Assembly: GCA_965203515.1 (NCBI GenBank)
Contig: OZ241907.1
Location: 736,001-800,000 of the forward strand
Direction: 5' to 3'
Source of the DNA: Spirochaetia bacterium
Lineage (GTDB): Bacteria > Spirochaetota > Spirochaetia > SZUA-6 > Bin103
DNA length: 64,000 nucleotides
Shown here in pieces: positions 26,510-37,296 of this stretch. The notes beneath the pieces are model-generated. The model did no database searches and had not been told where the DNA came from. It worked only from the letters and a program-made list of their open reading frames with translations. The number at the start of each line of letters is the position of its first letter. Positions within the stretch are counted from its first letter, which is position 1. A program made the translations under genes and the position numbers.

Positions 26510-27682
26510 TCAGCGGCCGGCCCGGTCGGAGGCTGCGTTGTTCAGGAACGAGCGGATGATCCCGGTCAACCGCTCGCTCTCCAGCAGGAAGGCGTCGTGG
26601 CCGTAGACGCTCTCCAACTCCACGTAGGAGACGTCGCGGCCGACCCTCATCAGCGCGCTGACGATCTCCTTGGACTGGCTGGACGGATAGAGCCAGTCGG
26701 ACGTGAACGAGGCGACCAGGTACTTGGCGCGGGTCCGGGCCAACGCGTCCTGCAGCGAGCCGTACGACTCCGACAAGTCGTAGTAGTCCATCGCCTTGGT
26801 GATGTACAGGTACGAGTTGGCGTCGAAGCTCTCCACGAAGCGGTTGCCCAGGTGCTCCAGATACGACTCCACCTGGAACTCGCCCGACATCTCGTAGGTG
26901 AACGCGGCGCGGTCCTGCAGGGTGCGTCCGAACCGCCGGCCCAGCGACAGCTCCGACAGGTAGGTGATGTGGCCGATCATGCGCGCGATCGCAAGGCCGT
27001 GGGCGGGCGGCTTGCCGCCGTAGTAGTCGCCGCGGTTCCAGGCCGGATCGGACATGATGGCGTTGCGGCCGACGGCGTGGAAGGCGATGCCCTGCGCGGT
27101 GACCGTGGCCGTGGACGCCAGCACGATGGCGGACCGCACCCGGTCGGGGTAGCGGATCGCCCACTCCAGCGCCTGCATGCCGCCCATGGAGCCGCCTGCG
27201 GCGCAGTAGAGCGTCTCGATGCCCAGGTGGTCGAGCAGGAGGCGCTGCGCCTCCACCATGTCCCCGATCGTGATCAGCGGGAAGTCGAGGCCGTAGCGCG
27301 TGCCGTCCGCGCGCGGCGACGACGGCCCGGTGGAGCCGTTGCAGCCGCCGATGAAGTTGGTGCAGATGACGAAGAACCGGTCGGTATCGAAGCCCTTGCC
27401 GGGCCCGATCATGTCGTCCCACCAACCGGGCCGCTTGTCGTCGAGGGAATGGTAGCCGGCCGCGTGGTGGCTGCCCGACAGCGCGTGGAAGATCAGGATC
27501 GCGTTGGAGCGCTCCGCGTCCAGCGTGCCGTAGGTCTCGTAGCGGATGGTGATCGGACCCAGGAGCTTGCCGCTGTCGAGGGTCAGGGCGTCGGGAGGAT
27601 GGGCGAACGTGTGATCGTTCGGGGTGACCAGACCCACGGAGTCGGCCGCGGGTGCCTGCGCCTGCGTCGTGTTCTCCTCCAT
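26510..27682 (-). CDS. metX: Homoserine O-acyltransferase MetX
   Basis: HALSG, GGSMGGMQ nucleophile elbow, FDANSY, GHDAFL. Confidence 0.95.
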   Translation of the reverse strand: MEENTTQAQAPAADSVGLVTPNDHTFAHPPDALTLDSGKLLGPITIRYETYGTLDAERSNAILIFHALSGSHHAAGYHSLDDKRPGWWDDMIGPGKGFDTDRFFVICTNFIGGCNGSTGPSSPRADGTRYGLDFPLITIGDMVEAQRLLLDHLGIETLYCAAGGSMGGMQALEWAIRYPDRVRSAIVLASTATVTAQGIAFHAVGRNAIMSDPAWNRGDYYGGKPPAHGLAIARMIGHITYLSELSLGRRFGRTLQDRAAFTYEMSGEFQVESYLEHLGNRFVESFDANSYLYITKAMDYYDLSESYGSLQDALARTRAKYLVASFTSDWLYPSSQSKEIVSALMRVGRDVSYVELESVYGHDAFLLESERLTGIIRSFLNNAASDRAGR

Positions 27683-27734
27683 CTCGCTATCGGTGTACGC
27701 TGCCCGCCTGGAGCGATTGCCATTGTATCAGCGC

Positions 27735-28610
27735 TTGCTTGAGCGGCGCATCGCCGGTCGGCTGTGGTCGCTGGCGGCCGGCGCCGTGCTGATGACCGCC
27801 GCCTGCGCCACCACGCCGCCGTCCCTGGCGCGCGCCAGCCTCAGCGCGATGCCGGCCGACGTCGACGTGGCGGTGGCCGTGCACGTGGCGGCGCTGCGCG
27901 CGCCGCTGACGGAGGTAGTCCGGGCCGCGGATCTGCCGCTGCCGGAGTGGCTGCTGGAACGGCTGGTGGTGGTGGTAGCCGGCGTCTACGGCGGCGCTGA
28001 GCCGGGATACCTGTTCTGGATGCGGGGCGTGGCGATGGATCCCGGCATGGGTGCGCAGCTTCTGCTGAGTCCCGATTGGTTCTACGTGGAGCGGCCGTAT
28101 CCGCACTATCGATCCGACGATGCCGCCGTGGTGCTGCTGGGCCGTGACTCGCTGGTGATGACCAATCTGCCGCTCGGCCGCGTACAACGCGCGTTCGACG
28201 CCGAGGAGTTCGAACTTCCGGCCGACGTCACGATAGCTCAGCACCCGCTCGACATCCTGCTGGTCATACCCGACCTGACCGGAGCGATCGGCGAGCTGGC
28301 CGCCGACTCCCCGTTGAGCGCGCTGACCGAGTCGTTCCCGGCCGAGTTCACGTGGGTGGCCGGTACCGCGGAGCGCGACGGGCTCCGGCTCTCCGGCGCG
28401 CTCGACACCCCGCACGCGGGCTTGGCGCGGGTGCTGGCGGCGGCGGCCGGCGGCAGTCCGGCGCTGGCCGGCGTTCGACTGCAGGCCGACGGCACCTGGG
28501 TCCGGCTCGACGGCCTGATGCGGTTCGAGCGGGTGATCGACGCGGCGCGCGCCATGCTCGATCCGCAAGGCCCCGATCGGGAGGAGGACGGGGCGGAGGC
28601 CGGTCGGTGA
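27735..28610 (+). CDS. Hypothetical putative lipoprotein
   Basis: Hydrophobic stretch ending MTAAC. Stop overlaps the hisH start. Start uncertain. Confidence 0.6.
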   Translation: MLERRIAGRLWSLAAGAVLMTAACATTPPSLARASLSAMPADVDVAVAVHVAALRAPLTEVVRAADLPLPEWLLERLVVVVAGVYGGAEPGYLFWMRGVAMDPGMGAQLLLSPDWFYVERPYPHYRSDDAAVVLLGRDSLVMTNLPLGRVQRAFDAEEFELPADVTIAQHPLDILLVIPDLTGAIGELAADSPLSALTESFPAEFTWVAGTAERDGLRLSGALDTPHAGLARVLAAAAGGSPALAGVRLQADGTWVRLDGLMRFERVIDAARAMLDPQGPDREEDGAEAGR

Positions 28611-29230
28611 GCGTCGCCATCGTCGACTACGCCGCCGGCAACCGCACCAGCGTACGGAACGCGTTGCGCTTCCTGGGCGCCGACTACACCGTGGCGTCCG
28701 ACCCGGAGGCGCTGCTGCAGTCGGAACGGGTGATCTTTCCCGGCGTGGGCGAAGCGCGCGCAGCCATGGACGACTTGGCGCGCCGCGGCATGGACGACGC
28801 CCTGCGCCGGGTGAGCGCTGAGGGGCGGCCGGTGCTCGGCATCTGCATCGGCGCCCAGGTGCTGCTGCAGTACTCGGCGGAGCGCGACACGACCTGTCTG
28901 GGGCTGGTCCGCGGGCGGGCGGCGGCGTTTCCGCAGCCGCGGCCGGGAGACGGGATGAAGGTACCGCACATGGGGTGGAATCAGGTGCGCCAGGACCGCG
29001 GCCACCCGCTGTTCGAGGGCATACCCGACGGCAGCTCGTTCTATTTCGTGCACTCCTTCTACCCGGAGCCGGCCGACGGCGCCCTCGTGCTGGGCACCAC
29101 CGATTACGGGGTGCGCTTCGCGTCGGCGTACGCCGCCGGCAACCTGGCGGCCGTGCAGTTTCACGCCGAGAAGTCGGGGCGCCACGGCCTGCGGCTGCTG
29201 GCCAACTTCCTGGCGTGGGACGGTGCTTGA
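28607..29230 (+). CDS. hisH: Imidazole glycerol phosphate synthase glutaminase subunit
   Basis: IVDYAAGN, PGVG, LGICIG, PHMGWN, YFVHS, QFHAEKSG. Confidence 0.96.
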   Translation: MSVAIVDYAAGNRTSVRNALRFLGADYTVASDPEALLQSERVIFPGVGEARAAMDDLARRGMDDALRRVSAEGRPVLGICIGAQVLLQYSAERDTTCLGLVRGRAAAFPQPRPGDGMKVPHMGWNQVRQDRGHPLFEGIPDGSSFYFVHSFYPEPADGALVLGTTDYGVRFASAYAAGNLAAVQFHAEKSGRHGLRLLANFLAWDGA

Positions 29231-29990
29231 GCGGCGGGTGATCGTATGCCTGGACGTGCGCGACGGGCGCACCACCAAGGGCGTGCGATTCCTGGACAAC
29301 CGGGACGTCGGCGATCCGGTCGCGATGGCGCGTACCTACTACCAGCAGGGCGTCGACGAGTTGGTCTTCTACGACATCACCGCGTCGGCGGAGCGGCGCG
29401 GCATCATGCTGGAGGTCGTGCGCGCCGTGGCCGCGGAGGTGTTCATCCCGTTCGCGGTGGGCGGCGGCATCCGGTCGTTGCAGCAGATGCAGGCGGTGCT
29501 CCTGGCCGGGGCGGAGAAGGTGAGCCTCAACTCGCAGGCGGTCCGCAACCCGCAGATCATCGCCGAGGGGGCGGCGGCGTTCGGCCGCCAGTGCATCGTG
29601 CTGGGCATGGACGCCAAGCGCGATCCGGCGATGCCGAGCGGCTATCGGGTCTACGTCGACGGGCTGCGCACCCCGACCGACCTGGACGCCCTGGAGTGGG
29701 CGGAGCGCGCCGTCGAACTCGGCGCCGGCGAGGTGGTACTCAACGCGATCGACACCGACGGCACGCGCGCCGGCTATGAGCTGACCGTGACGCGGATGCT
29801 CGCCGACCGGCTGCCGGTGCCGGTGGTGGCCTCGGGCGGGGCGGGGCGGGTCGAGCACGTGGCCGACGTGCTGATCGACGGTCACGCCGACGCCGCTCTG
29901 GTCGCCTCCATCGTCCACTTCGGCGCCTGCACGGTGGGCGACATCAAGGAACATCTGGCCGCGCGCGGCGTGCCGGTGCGCATCGACTGA
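29223..29990 (+). CDS. hisF: Imidazole glycerol phosphate synthase cyclase subunit
   Basis: VIVCLDV, VFYDITAS, VGGGIRS, IDTDGT, ASGGAG. Confidence 0.97.
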   Translation: MLERRVIVCLDVRDGRTTKGVRFLDNRDVGDPVAMARTYYQQGVDELVFYDITASAERRGIMLEVVRAVAAEVFIPFAVGGGIRSLQQMQAVLLAGAEKVSLNSQAVRNPQIIAEGAAAFGRQCIVLGMDAKRDPAMPSGYRVYVDGLRTPTDLDALEWAERAVELGAGEVVLNAIDTDGTRAGYELTVTRMLADRLPVPVVASGGAGRVEHVADVLIDGHADAALVASIVHFGACTVGDIKEHLAARGVPVRID

Positions 29991-30068
29991 CCGTCTCGAC
30001 GGAGCCGGCTCGCGGCCGGTTGCCGATGCGCGCCGCGCGGCGATACATTGCGCGCCGAACAGCAGCTT

Positions 30069-30437
30069 ATGCCTACCTATGAATACGAATGCGGCGCCTG
30101 CGGGCCGTTCGAACAGTTCCAGCGGATCACCGAGGACCCGCTCGCCGATTGTCCGCGCTGCGGCAGCGCGGTACGGCGGCTGATTTCGAGCGGCACCGGG
30201 GTCATCTTCAAGGGATCGGGCTTCTACTCGACCGACTCGCGCAACGCGGGCAAGGAACAGGGATCGTCATCGGGAGATGGTGACGGCTCCGGCGGCAACG
30301 GCAAGGACGGCGCCGGGACCGACGCGGGCAAGACCGCGACCAAGGGCGATGCGAAGAGCGGCGCCGCGGCGAAGAAGGAGCCGGCCGCAGCCGCTACGTC
30401 GGCAAAGACGGCAAAGGGCTCCACGGCACGGGACTGA
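30069..30437 (+). CDS. FmdB-family zinc-ribbon protein
   Basis: [11 protein letters not shown]...CPRCG...[10 protein letters not shown]. Confidence 0.92.
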   Translation: MPTYEYECGACGPFEQFQRITEDPLADCPRCGSAVRRLISSGTGVIFKGSGFYSTDSRNAGKEQGSSSGDGDGSGGNGKDGAGTDAGKTATKGDAKSGAAAKKEPAAAATSAKTAKGSTARD

Positions 30438-31608
30438 GCCGCTCCGCTCCCGGCGCGCTGCCGCCGGCCGCGGCGGCGATCAGATCGTCGGCGTCCAGCG
30501 CTCGCAGGGCGTCGTGCATCCGCGCCGGATCGGGGCGCAGCACCGGATGTTTCGCCGCGAACAGCGTGCAGCAATCGGGATAGGGGAGCGTCGAGGTCTC
30601 GAAGGTGCCGATGGCGCGCGCGGTGCGCACGATCTCCTCCTTGTCCAGGCCGATCAGCGGCCGCAGCACCGGCAACTCGCTGGTGGAGTCGGTGAAGGCG
30701 ATCGCTTCGCCGGTCTGGCTCGCCACCTGCCCCAGGCTCTCGCCGGTGATCAGCGCCGCCGCCCCGGTGCGCCGCGCGACCAGCGTGGCCGCCCGCATCA
30801 TGCACGCGCGCAGGAGCAGGGTCGCGAATCGGTCGGGGGCGCGCTGCTTGATCCGTTCCAGGACCGCCGTGAACGAGATCGCGCAGAGGCGGGCGTCGGG
30901 TACGTAGCGCGCGAGATGATCGGCAAGCCGTTCCACCTTGGCCAGCGCCTCGTCGGACGTGTACGGCCAGGAATGGAAGTAGACGTGGTCGAGCGGCATG
31001 CCGCGCTTGCCCATCAGGTAGCCCGCGACCGGTGAGTCGATCCCGCCGGAGAGCAGCAGCAGTCCGCGGGCGGAGGCGCCGACCGGCAGTCCGCCGCGTC
31101 CCGGCGACGGCGGGCCGTACAGGTAGATGCGGTCGCGTACCTCCACCGACAGCACGAAGCCGGGGGCGCGCACGTCGACGCGGAGCGCGGGCAGGGCGGT
31201 GCGGATCAGGTCGCCCAGGCGACAGGCGATCTGATACGAGGTCTGCGGGTAGTCCTTGTCGCTGCGGCGCGCTTCGATCTTGAAGGTCGGAGCCGTCGCG
31301 GATGCGGCCAGCCGGCCGGCCAGCTCCACGGCGGCCGCGTCCAGCAGGTCCGCGTCGCGGGCGACCATGGCCGCCTCCGCGTACGACACGATCCCGAACG
31401 TGTCGCCCAGGGCGCGCGCCACGGCGGCCGAATCCGCGTAGTCCTCCACGAACAGCCGCCCCCAGGCGCGCCGTACGCGGTGGGCCGTGCCGGCGAGCTG
31501 CCGGTGGATCTGTTCGATCAGCCGTTCCTCGAACTGCCGGCGGTTGGCTCCCTTGAGCGAGATTTCGCCGTACTTGACCAGAAAGACCCGATTGCCCGCG
31601 CCGTTCAT
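30394..31608 (-). CDS. thiI: tRNA 4-thiouridine synthase ThiI (no rhodanese domain)
   Basis: [17 protein letters not shown] region, [13 protein letters not shown]-loop, [15 protein letters not shown]. Confidence 0.95.
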   Translation of the reverse strand: MNGAGNRVFLVKYGEISLKGANRRQFEERLIEQIHRQLAGTAHRVRRAWGRLFVEDYADSAAVARALGDTFGIVSYAEAAMVARDADLLDAAAVELAGRLAASATAPTFKIEARRSDKDYPQTSYQIACRLGDLIRTALPALRVDVRAPGFVLSVEVRDRIYLYGPPSPGRGGLPVGASARGLLLLSGGIDSPVAGYLMGKRGMPLDHVYFHSWPYTSDEALAKVERLADHLARYVPDARLCAISFTAVLERIKQRAPDRFATLLLRACMMRAATLVARRTGAAALITGESLGQVASQTGEAIAFTDSTSELPVLRPLIGLDKEEIVRTARAIGTFETSTLPYPDCCTLFAAKHPVLRPDPARMHDALRALDADDLIAAAAGGSAPGAERLSPVPWSPLPSLPT

Positions 31609-32801
31609 GTCCGTGCCAACGCCGGCGCCGGCCGGGCGGTGAGCCGGCCGGCCACGTCCCGTATCGCATCCCGCAGCGCGGCAGCGAATGCATCGAGGTC
31701 ATCGGCCGTCGTCGTCGGCCCGATCGACACGCGCAACGCCCCGGCGGCCTGCTCGGCGGGTACCCGCATCGCCTCCAGCACGCGCAGCCGCTTGCGCGAG
31801 CCGGTGGCGCAGGCGGAGCCCGGCGACACGCAGAAGCCGCGGTCGCCCAGCAGGCGCACGGTGACCTCGGACGGCAGGGCGGGCACCGCCAGCTTGAGGA
31901 TGAACGGAGAGAACCGCGGGTCGCGCGGCCCGCGGTCGGCCGGGATCGTCACCGCGCCCGGGATCGACCGGACGCGGTCGATCAGGCGCGCCATGGCCGC
32001 CGCAGCGGCTGGCTCGTCCCGGAACGCGGCCGCGCCGGCCGCGGCGGCGGCGAAGCCGGCGGCGCCCGACACGTGCTCGGTGCCGGCGCGCCGTCCGCCC
32101 TCCTGTTCGCCGCCCGCCTGCATGAATCGCACCGGCGCGCCGGCGCGGAGCCAGAGCGCTCCGACGCCGCGCGGACCGCCGACCTTGTGGGCGCTGAACG
32201 AAGCGGCGTGGACGTGCGGACCGAGCGGCAGCGCGACCTTGCCGAGCGCCTGCACGGCGTCGGTATGGAACAGCATCCGGGTACCGAAGCGCTGCGCGGC
32301 GGCGGCGACCGCCGCGGCTGCCGCGGCTACCGGCTGGATGATGCCGGTCTCGTTGTTGACCGTCTGTATCGAGACCAGGTAGGTGCGCTCATCGAGCAGC
32401 GCGCTGAGGCGCTCGACGTCGACTGCGCCGTCGCCGCCGACCGACGCGCGGCGGACGCGGAAGCCGATCCGCGCCAGGAGCGTCGCCGGGCCGTCGATGG
32501 AATCGTGCTCGACCGCGCCGATCACCAGTGTGTCGCGCCGCGGCAACCCGCGTTCGGGATGGAGCAGGGTCAGCACGGACTGCAGCATCAGGTTGTTGGA
32601 CTCCGTGGCGCCGGAGGTCAGGACGATCTCCGCCGGGTCGACGCCGAGCGCGCCGGCAAGGCGCTCCCGCGCCGAAGCCAGCGCGGCCGCCGCCTGCCGC
32701 CCGCGCGGGTGTGGTGACGACGGGTTGGCGTGCCAGTCGGCGGCGGCGCGCAGCGCTTCCGGCAGCGGCGGCGCGGTCGCCGCCCAGTCGAGGTAGATCA
32801 C
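31605..32801 (-). CDS. Cysteine desulfurase (IscS/NifS family)
   Basis: YLDWAATAP, TSGATESNN, VNNETG, HTDAVQ, SAHKVGGP, GSAC. Coupled to thiI. Confidence 0.93.
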   Translation of the reverse strand: MIYLDWAATAPPLPEALRAAADWHANPSSPHPRGRQAAAALASARERLAGALGVDPAEIVLTSGATESNNLMLQSVLTLLHPERGLPRRDTLVIGAVEHDSIDGPATLLARIGFRVRRASVGGDGAVDVERLSALLDERTYLVSIQTVNNETGIIQPVAAAAAAVAAAAQRFGTRMLFHTDAVQALGKVALPLGPHVHAASFSAHKVGGPRGVGALWLRAGAPVRFMQAGGEQEGGRRAGTEHVSGAAGFAAAAAGAAAFRDEPAAAAAMARLIDRVRSIPGAVTIPADRGPRDPRFSPFILKLAVPALPSEVTVRLLGDRGFCVSPGSACATGSRKRLRVLEAMRVPAEQAAGALRVSIGPTTTADDLDAFAAALRDAIRDVAGRLTARPAPALART

Positions 32802-32892
32802 CCCGGTATGGTAGCCGACCGTCGCCGGTCCGCGCGCGCCGCCGCGGAGGCGGATTGATCGCCGGCGAACGGTGTAGTACGTTCGCCATGGA

Positions 32893-33345
32893 ATGTTGTT
32901 CTTCGGCTGGGGACCCTTCGGCTTTCTCACGCTGTTGGTGCCGGTCTTGCTGGCATTCGCCTTCCTGCGCCTCGGCACGGCGCTCTTTCGCCGCATCCAG
33001 GACGAATCGGACGAAGATCGGCACCGTCTGCACGGGCGCGGCGGCGTCCATCGCTACGCCGTGGACGACGGCGCGGCGACCGAACGGCGCGCGCCGTTCG
33101 GCATGCAGAATCCGTTTGGCCGGCGCTCGCTCGACAGCCGCGTGTTCCGGCTGGCGTATCGCCACGGCGGGCGGGTCACGGTCTCGCAGGTAGTGATGGA
33201 GACCGGCATGTCGCTGGAGCAGACCGAGGCGTACCTGGATCAGCTCTGCGACGGCGTGCGGGTCCGCATGGAGGTCTCCGACGGCGGGCTGGTCACCTAC
33301 GAGTTCCCGGAGCTGACCGACCCCGGAAGCGCCGGCCCGGTCTGA
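32893..33345 (+). CDS. Hypothetical membrane protein with C-terminal winged-helix-like domain
   Basis: N-terminal hydrophobic helix; C-terminal GGRVTVSQVVMETGMSLEQTEAYL...YEFPEL. Confidence 0.7.
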   Translation: MLFFGWGPFGFLTLLVPVLLAFAFLRLGTALFRRIQDESDEDRHRLHGRGGVHRYAVDDGAATERRAPFGMQNPFGRRSLDSRVFRLAYRHGGRVTVSQVVMETGMSLEQTEAYLDQLCDGVRVRMEVSDGGLVTYEFPELTDPGSAGPV

Positions 33346-33468
33346 AGCAGCGCCGGCTGAAGACGCCGGCCTCTTGCCGGAACTGCCGATCGGCGGCCCG
33401 GAAGGCGAGGGCGCCAGGACTTGCGCGATGGACTTCTTATTACAAGCGGAGGCCGATGGACTGATCCA

Positions 33469-35280
33469 TCAGGAGCACACTGGGACTGTTGGCATCTCCG
33501 CGCCGCGCACCTCTGCGCCGTGCAGCTCTGCACCGTGCACCAGCTCCCAGCCGCGGAACACCAGCGCCAGCCCCTTGAACGCCGCCTCCGGGTGCCGGCG
33601 CGCCAACCGCCGGTCCGCCAGATAGCGGCGCAGTTGCGACTCCGCGGCGGCGGCCTGCGCCGCTACCTGCGCCTGCGCCGCGCTGCGGGGCAGGTACTTC
33701 AGCTCGATCACGTAGCCGTAGCGCCGGCCCGGATAGGGCAATGCGCGCGGTTCCAGCACCAGGTCGGCGTAGCCCTTGGCCAACTCCATCTCCGTATGCA
33801 GCACGAAGTAGGGGGAGATGCTCAGGTAGGCGGCCACGAACCCCTGCACCATCTTCTCGCCCTGCAGGTAGTCGCGCACGCCGGTCTGCTCGGCCATCGC
33901 CGCGCTCAGCCGTTCCAGCGCCGGCCGCCACTCGCCCTGCAGCGCCATGCGCCGCGTCAGCCGGTCGAACGTCACCAGGTCGAGCGAGAACACGCCCACG
34001 TCCCGGTAGGCGTCGCGCAGGTAGCCGTACATCAGCCGCCGCACCGTCTGGTTCGGGATGCCGAGCCGCGGCGTTTCGACCGTGGCGCCGCGGATGCTCA
34101 ACAGGCCGAAGTAGTGCAGCAGCGACAGGAAGTTCTCCCGCTCGGCGAGGCGCGCCAGCGGGAAGCTGTCTACGATCTCGCAGTCGGCGCGCCCTTCGGC
34201 GATCACCTCGCGCAGCAGGTCGAAGTTGCCGTTGAACTGGCGGCCGACGGTGAGCAGGTGGCGCAGCTTGCCGTAGTCGATGCGCACGTTGGCGTCGATC
34301 AGGTTGTCGGGGCCGGGCTTGTTGGGCAGTGAGTACGACAGGTAGTAGAGCACCATGTCGGTGTTGTAGACGACGTTGGGTGCGGTCTTGGCGAAGCGGT
34401 AGCCGTCGTACCACTCGCGCATCGTGTCGAGGGCGGCGTCGGGGTCCTGGTCGAAGACGCCGAGGTCGCGATAGGTCGAGAGCATGTCCCGCACTTCCGC
34501 TTCGGTAAAGCCGAGCAGTTCGTTGAATTCGGGGCGCAGGCTGAGGTTGGCGCCGATGTTGAAGCCGCTGGTGACGTCGTCCATGACGATCGGGGAGACG
34601 CCGGTGACGAACAGCCGCGCAACGCTGCCGTTCTCGGTGCCGGCCTTGAGCGTGGCGAAGAAGTTGCGGTAGAAGCCGCCGCCGTGGGTGAAGGCGTGGT
34701 AGGCGTCCGCCCCCTGATGCGCCAGGATGGTGTTGGCGAAGTTGTCGTACTCGTCGATCAGCACGTAGAGCGGTATCTGCTCGCGCCCGGAGTGCAGGAA
34801 CAGCGCGTTGAGCTTGTCGTTGATGGTCGCCTGCGAGCAGATTCGGTGGATCACCGGTTCCGGGAACGACTCCGGGCAGGCTTCCAGCGTGTAGAGGAGC
34901 TGAAGGTGGCAGTAATTCTCGAAGTTCCGCTCCAGCGTCTCCGGAGCGTCGTTGAAGGCGGAGAAGTTGAACCGCAGCACGACGTAGCGGCTGCGGTTGG
35001 GAGTGGGAGCGCGGCCGATGTCGGTGCCGGCGAACACCGCCTCGAAGTCGCCGGCCTCGGTGCGGGAGTAGTAGCTCTCCAGCAGCGACAACCAACAGGT
35101 CTTGCCGAAGCGCCGCGGGCGGATGAAGAACACGAACCGCTCCTGTTCCAGGGCGCGCAGGAAGCGGGTCTTGTCCACGTACAGGCAACCCTCCCGGCGG
35201 ATGCCCTTGAAGTAGGCAAAGCCGTAGGGGATCGCCGGAAATGGCGTCGTCGCGCGGAGCGGCGATTCGGACGCGGACAT
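33469..35280 (-). CDS. AAA-ATPase-like protein with C-terminal PD-(D/E)XK nuclease domain
   Basis: YVDKT, RPRRFGKT, LIDEYD, TGVSP, WYDGY, GYADL...VIELK. Confidence 0.9.
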   Translation of the reverse strand: MSASESPLRATTPFPAIPYGFAYFKGIRREGCLYVDKTRFLRALEQERFVFFIRPRRFGKTCWLSLLESYYSRTEAGDFEAVFAGTDIGRAPTPNRSRYVVLRFNFSAFNDAPETLERNFENYCHLQLLYTLEACPESFPEPVIHRICSQATINDKLNALFLHSGREQIPLYVLIDEYDNFANTILAHQGADAYHAFTHGGGFYRNFFATLKAGTENGSVARLFVTGVSPIVMDDVTSGFNIGANLSLRPEFNELLGFTEAEVRDMLSTYRDLGVFDQDPDAALDTMREWYDGYRFAKTAPNVVYNTDMVLYYLSYSLPNKPGPDNLIDANVRIDYGKLRHLLTVGRQFNGNFDLLREVIAEGRADCEIVDSFPLARLAERENFLSLLHYFGLLSIRGATVETPRLGIPNQTVRRLMYGYLRDAYRDVGVFSLDLVTFDRLTRRMALQGEWRPALERLSAAMAEQTGVRDYLQGEKMVQGFVAAYLSISPYFVLHTEMELAKGYADLVLEPRALPYPGRRYGYVIELKYLPRSAAQAQVAAQAAAAESQLRRYLADRRLARRHPEAAFKGLALVFRGWELVHGAELHGAEVRGAEMPTVPVCS

Positions 35281-35477
35281 ACCGGCATCCTACCAGACCG
35301 CCGGGCGCCGTGCCGGCGGTCTTCGTCTTGCGCCGCTCACCTGCGATCGGTGCCTAGTACTTGGACGAACACAAAGTACGACTGTGGCCGCCGCCGGCCG
35401 TTTCGCAGCTTGGACGCATCGCCGTCGAGCCGGGGGAGGGTGTGGACCGGGCCGAGCGGTTCGGGCATGATGCGGTC

Positions 35478-36338
35478 ATGTTGATCGACGCACACAACCA
35501 CCCGAACTGGCACGGCCACGACGCGGACCGGATCCTTGCGAACATGGAGGAGCACGGCATCGACCAGATGTGGCTGTTCACCTGGGAGGTGCCGGCCACC
35601 GACTACAACCCGTCCAATCACGCCGTGCTGCCGCCCGGCGGCACCGGCATCCCGCTTCAGGACGTGCTGAGCGTCGGCCGGGCGGCTCCCGACCGCTTCG
35701 TGCTCGGCTACATGCCGGACGTGAAACGGCCCGACGCCATCGACCGGCTCAAGGCGGCGGTGGAGGTCCACGGCATCCGCGTTGCGTCGGAGCTCAAGCA
35801 GCGCGTGCTGTTCGACGACCCCGACGCCCTGGCCATCTACCGCTTCTGCGGCGAGCGGAAGCTGCCGATCACCATCCACCTCGATTACCCGATCGCCGCC
35901 GGATACCGCTACCCGCGTCCCAACTGGTGGTACGGCGGCTCTCTCGACAGCTTCGAGCGCGCCGTCGCCGCGTGTCCCGAAACCGTCTTCATCGGCCACG
36001 CGCCGGGGTTCTGGGCCCACATCTCCGGTGACGACCGCGCCTTGACCGAGTCGTACCCCAAGGGACCGGTCCAGCCGGGCGGGCGGGTGCCGCAGCTGCT
36101 CGATACCTATCCCAACCTCTATGCGGACCTCTCCGCCGGCTCCGGCTTCACGGCGATCTCGCGCGATCCGGCGTTCGGCAAGGAGTTCCTGATCCGCTAC
36201 CAGGACCGGCTGCTGTTTGCCCGCGACTACTTCGACGGCCGCCTGATGGCGTTCCTCAAGAGTCTGGACCTGGAGCCTGCGGTGTTCGACAAGATCGCCT
36301 TCCGCAATGCCCAGCGACTGTTGGGGGACGCGGAATAG
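35478..36338 (+). CDS. Amidohydrolase-2 family protein
   Basis: IDAHNH metal motif, FIGHAPG, YADLSAGSG, LLFARD. Confidence 0.88.
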   Translation: MLIDAHNHPNWHGHDADRILANMEEHGIDQMWLFTWEVPATDYNPSNHAVLPPGGTGIPLQDVLSVGRAAPDRFVLGYMPDVKRPDAIDRLKAAVEVHGIRVASELKQRVLFDDPDALAIYRFCGERKLPITIHLDYPIAAGYRYPRPNWWYGGSLDSFERAVAACPETVFIGHAPGFWAHISGDDRALTESYPKGPVQPGGRVPQLLDTYPNLYADLSAGSGFTAISRDPAFGKEFLIRYQDRLLFARDYFDGRLMAFLKSLDLEPAVFDKIAFRNAQRLLGDAE

Positions 36339-36348
36339 GCCGACCGCC

Positions 36349-37281
36349 GTGCAGTACCGCCGTTTCGGCGGGCATGAGCTTTCGGCCCTGATGCCGGGCA
36401 CCGTGCAGTTCGGCCTGGATTACGGGGTGGCCAACGTCACCGGCAAGCCGGATCAGGCGACGGTCAACCGCATGCTCGCCACCGCGTTCGAGGCGGGCGT
36501 GAACGCGCTCGACACCGCCTCCATGTACAACCAGGCCGAGGCGGTGCTGGGCCGCGCCCTGGCCGATCTGGGCGTGCGCGATCGAATCTTCATCGTCAGC
36601 AAGGCGCGCCCGCGCGAGGGGGTGGCTGGAACGCCGGAGGAGCAGATCACCGCCGCGGTCGAGCGGTCGCTACGCGTACTCGGGGTCGAGCGGATCGGGC
36701 TGTACCTGCTGCACGGCTATCAGGCGCTGCCGTACGTGGGGGCGCTGCATCGCAAGCGCGAGGCGGGCGACATCGGCGCGGTCGGCGTGTCGGTCTATTC
36801 GGTCGAGGAGGCGCTCGGCGCGATCGCTGCGCCCGGCGTCGATGCCGTCCAGCATCCGCTCAGCATGCTCGACCAGCGGTTCCTGCGCGCCGGGGTTCCG
36901 GAACGGGCGGCGGAGGCGGGGGTCGCGATCTTCGCCCGCAGCGTCTTTCTGCAGGGCGTGGTGACGATGGCGATACCGGACCTGCCCGAACCGATCGTCG
37001 AAGTCGGAAAGACGCTCGCGCGGCTGCGGGAGCTGGCCGGCGAGCTGACGATCGAGGAGATGGCGGTCCGCTACGCCGCATCGCTGGCCGGCGTCACCGG
37101 CGTGGTGGTCGGCATGGAGACGCACGAGCAGATGGAGCGCAACCTGGCCGCGATCGAGGCCGGTCCCCTGGACGGCGCGCTGCTGGCGGCGATCGGCCGC
37201 GAGGTGCCCGATCTTCCGGAGGAGATCCTCAATCCGGGACTCTGGCGGTGGATGCGGGCCTACGACTGGGGTACGAACTGA
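36349..37281 (+). CDS. Aldo/keto reductase
   Basis: GTVQFGLDYG, DTASMY, IVSK, YLLH, GVSVY, ARSVFLQG. Confidence 0.9.
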   Translation: MQYRRFGGHELSALMPGTVQFGLDYGVANVTGKPDQATVNRMLATAFEAGVNALDTASMYNQAEAVLGRALADLGVRDRIFIVSKARPREGVAGTPEEQITAAVERSLRVLGVERIGLYLLHGYQALPYVGALHRKREAGDIGAVGVSVYSVEEALGAIAAPGVDAVQHPLSMLDQRFLRAGVPERAAEAGVAIFARSVFLQGVVTMAIPDLPEPIVEVGKTLARLRELAGELTIEEMAVRYAASLAGVTGVVVGMETHEQMERNLAAIEAGPLDGALLAAIGREVPDLPEEILNPGLWRWMRAYDWGTN

Positions 37282-37296
37282 GCGGCTGCCGACCCC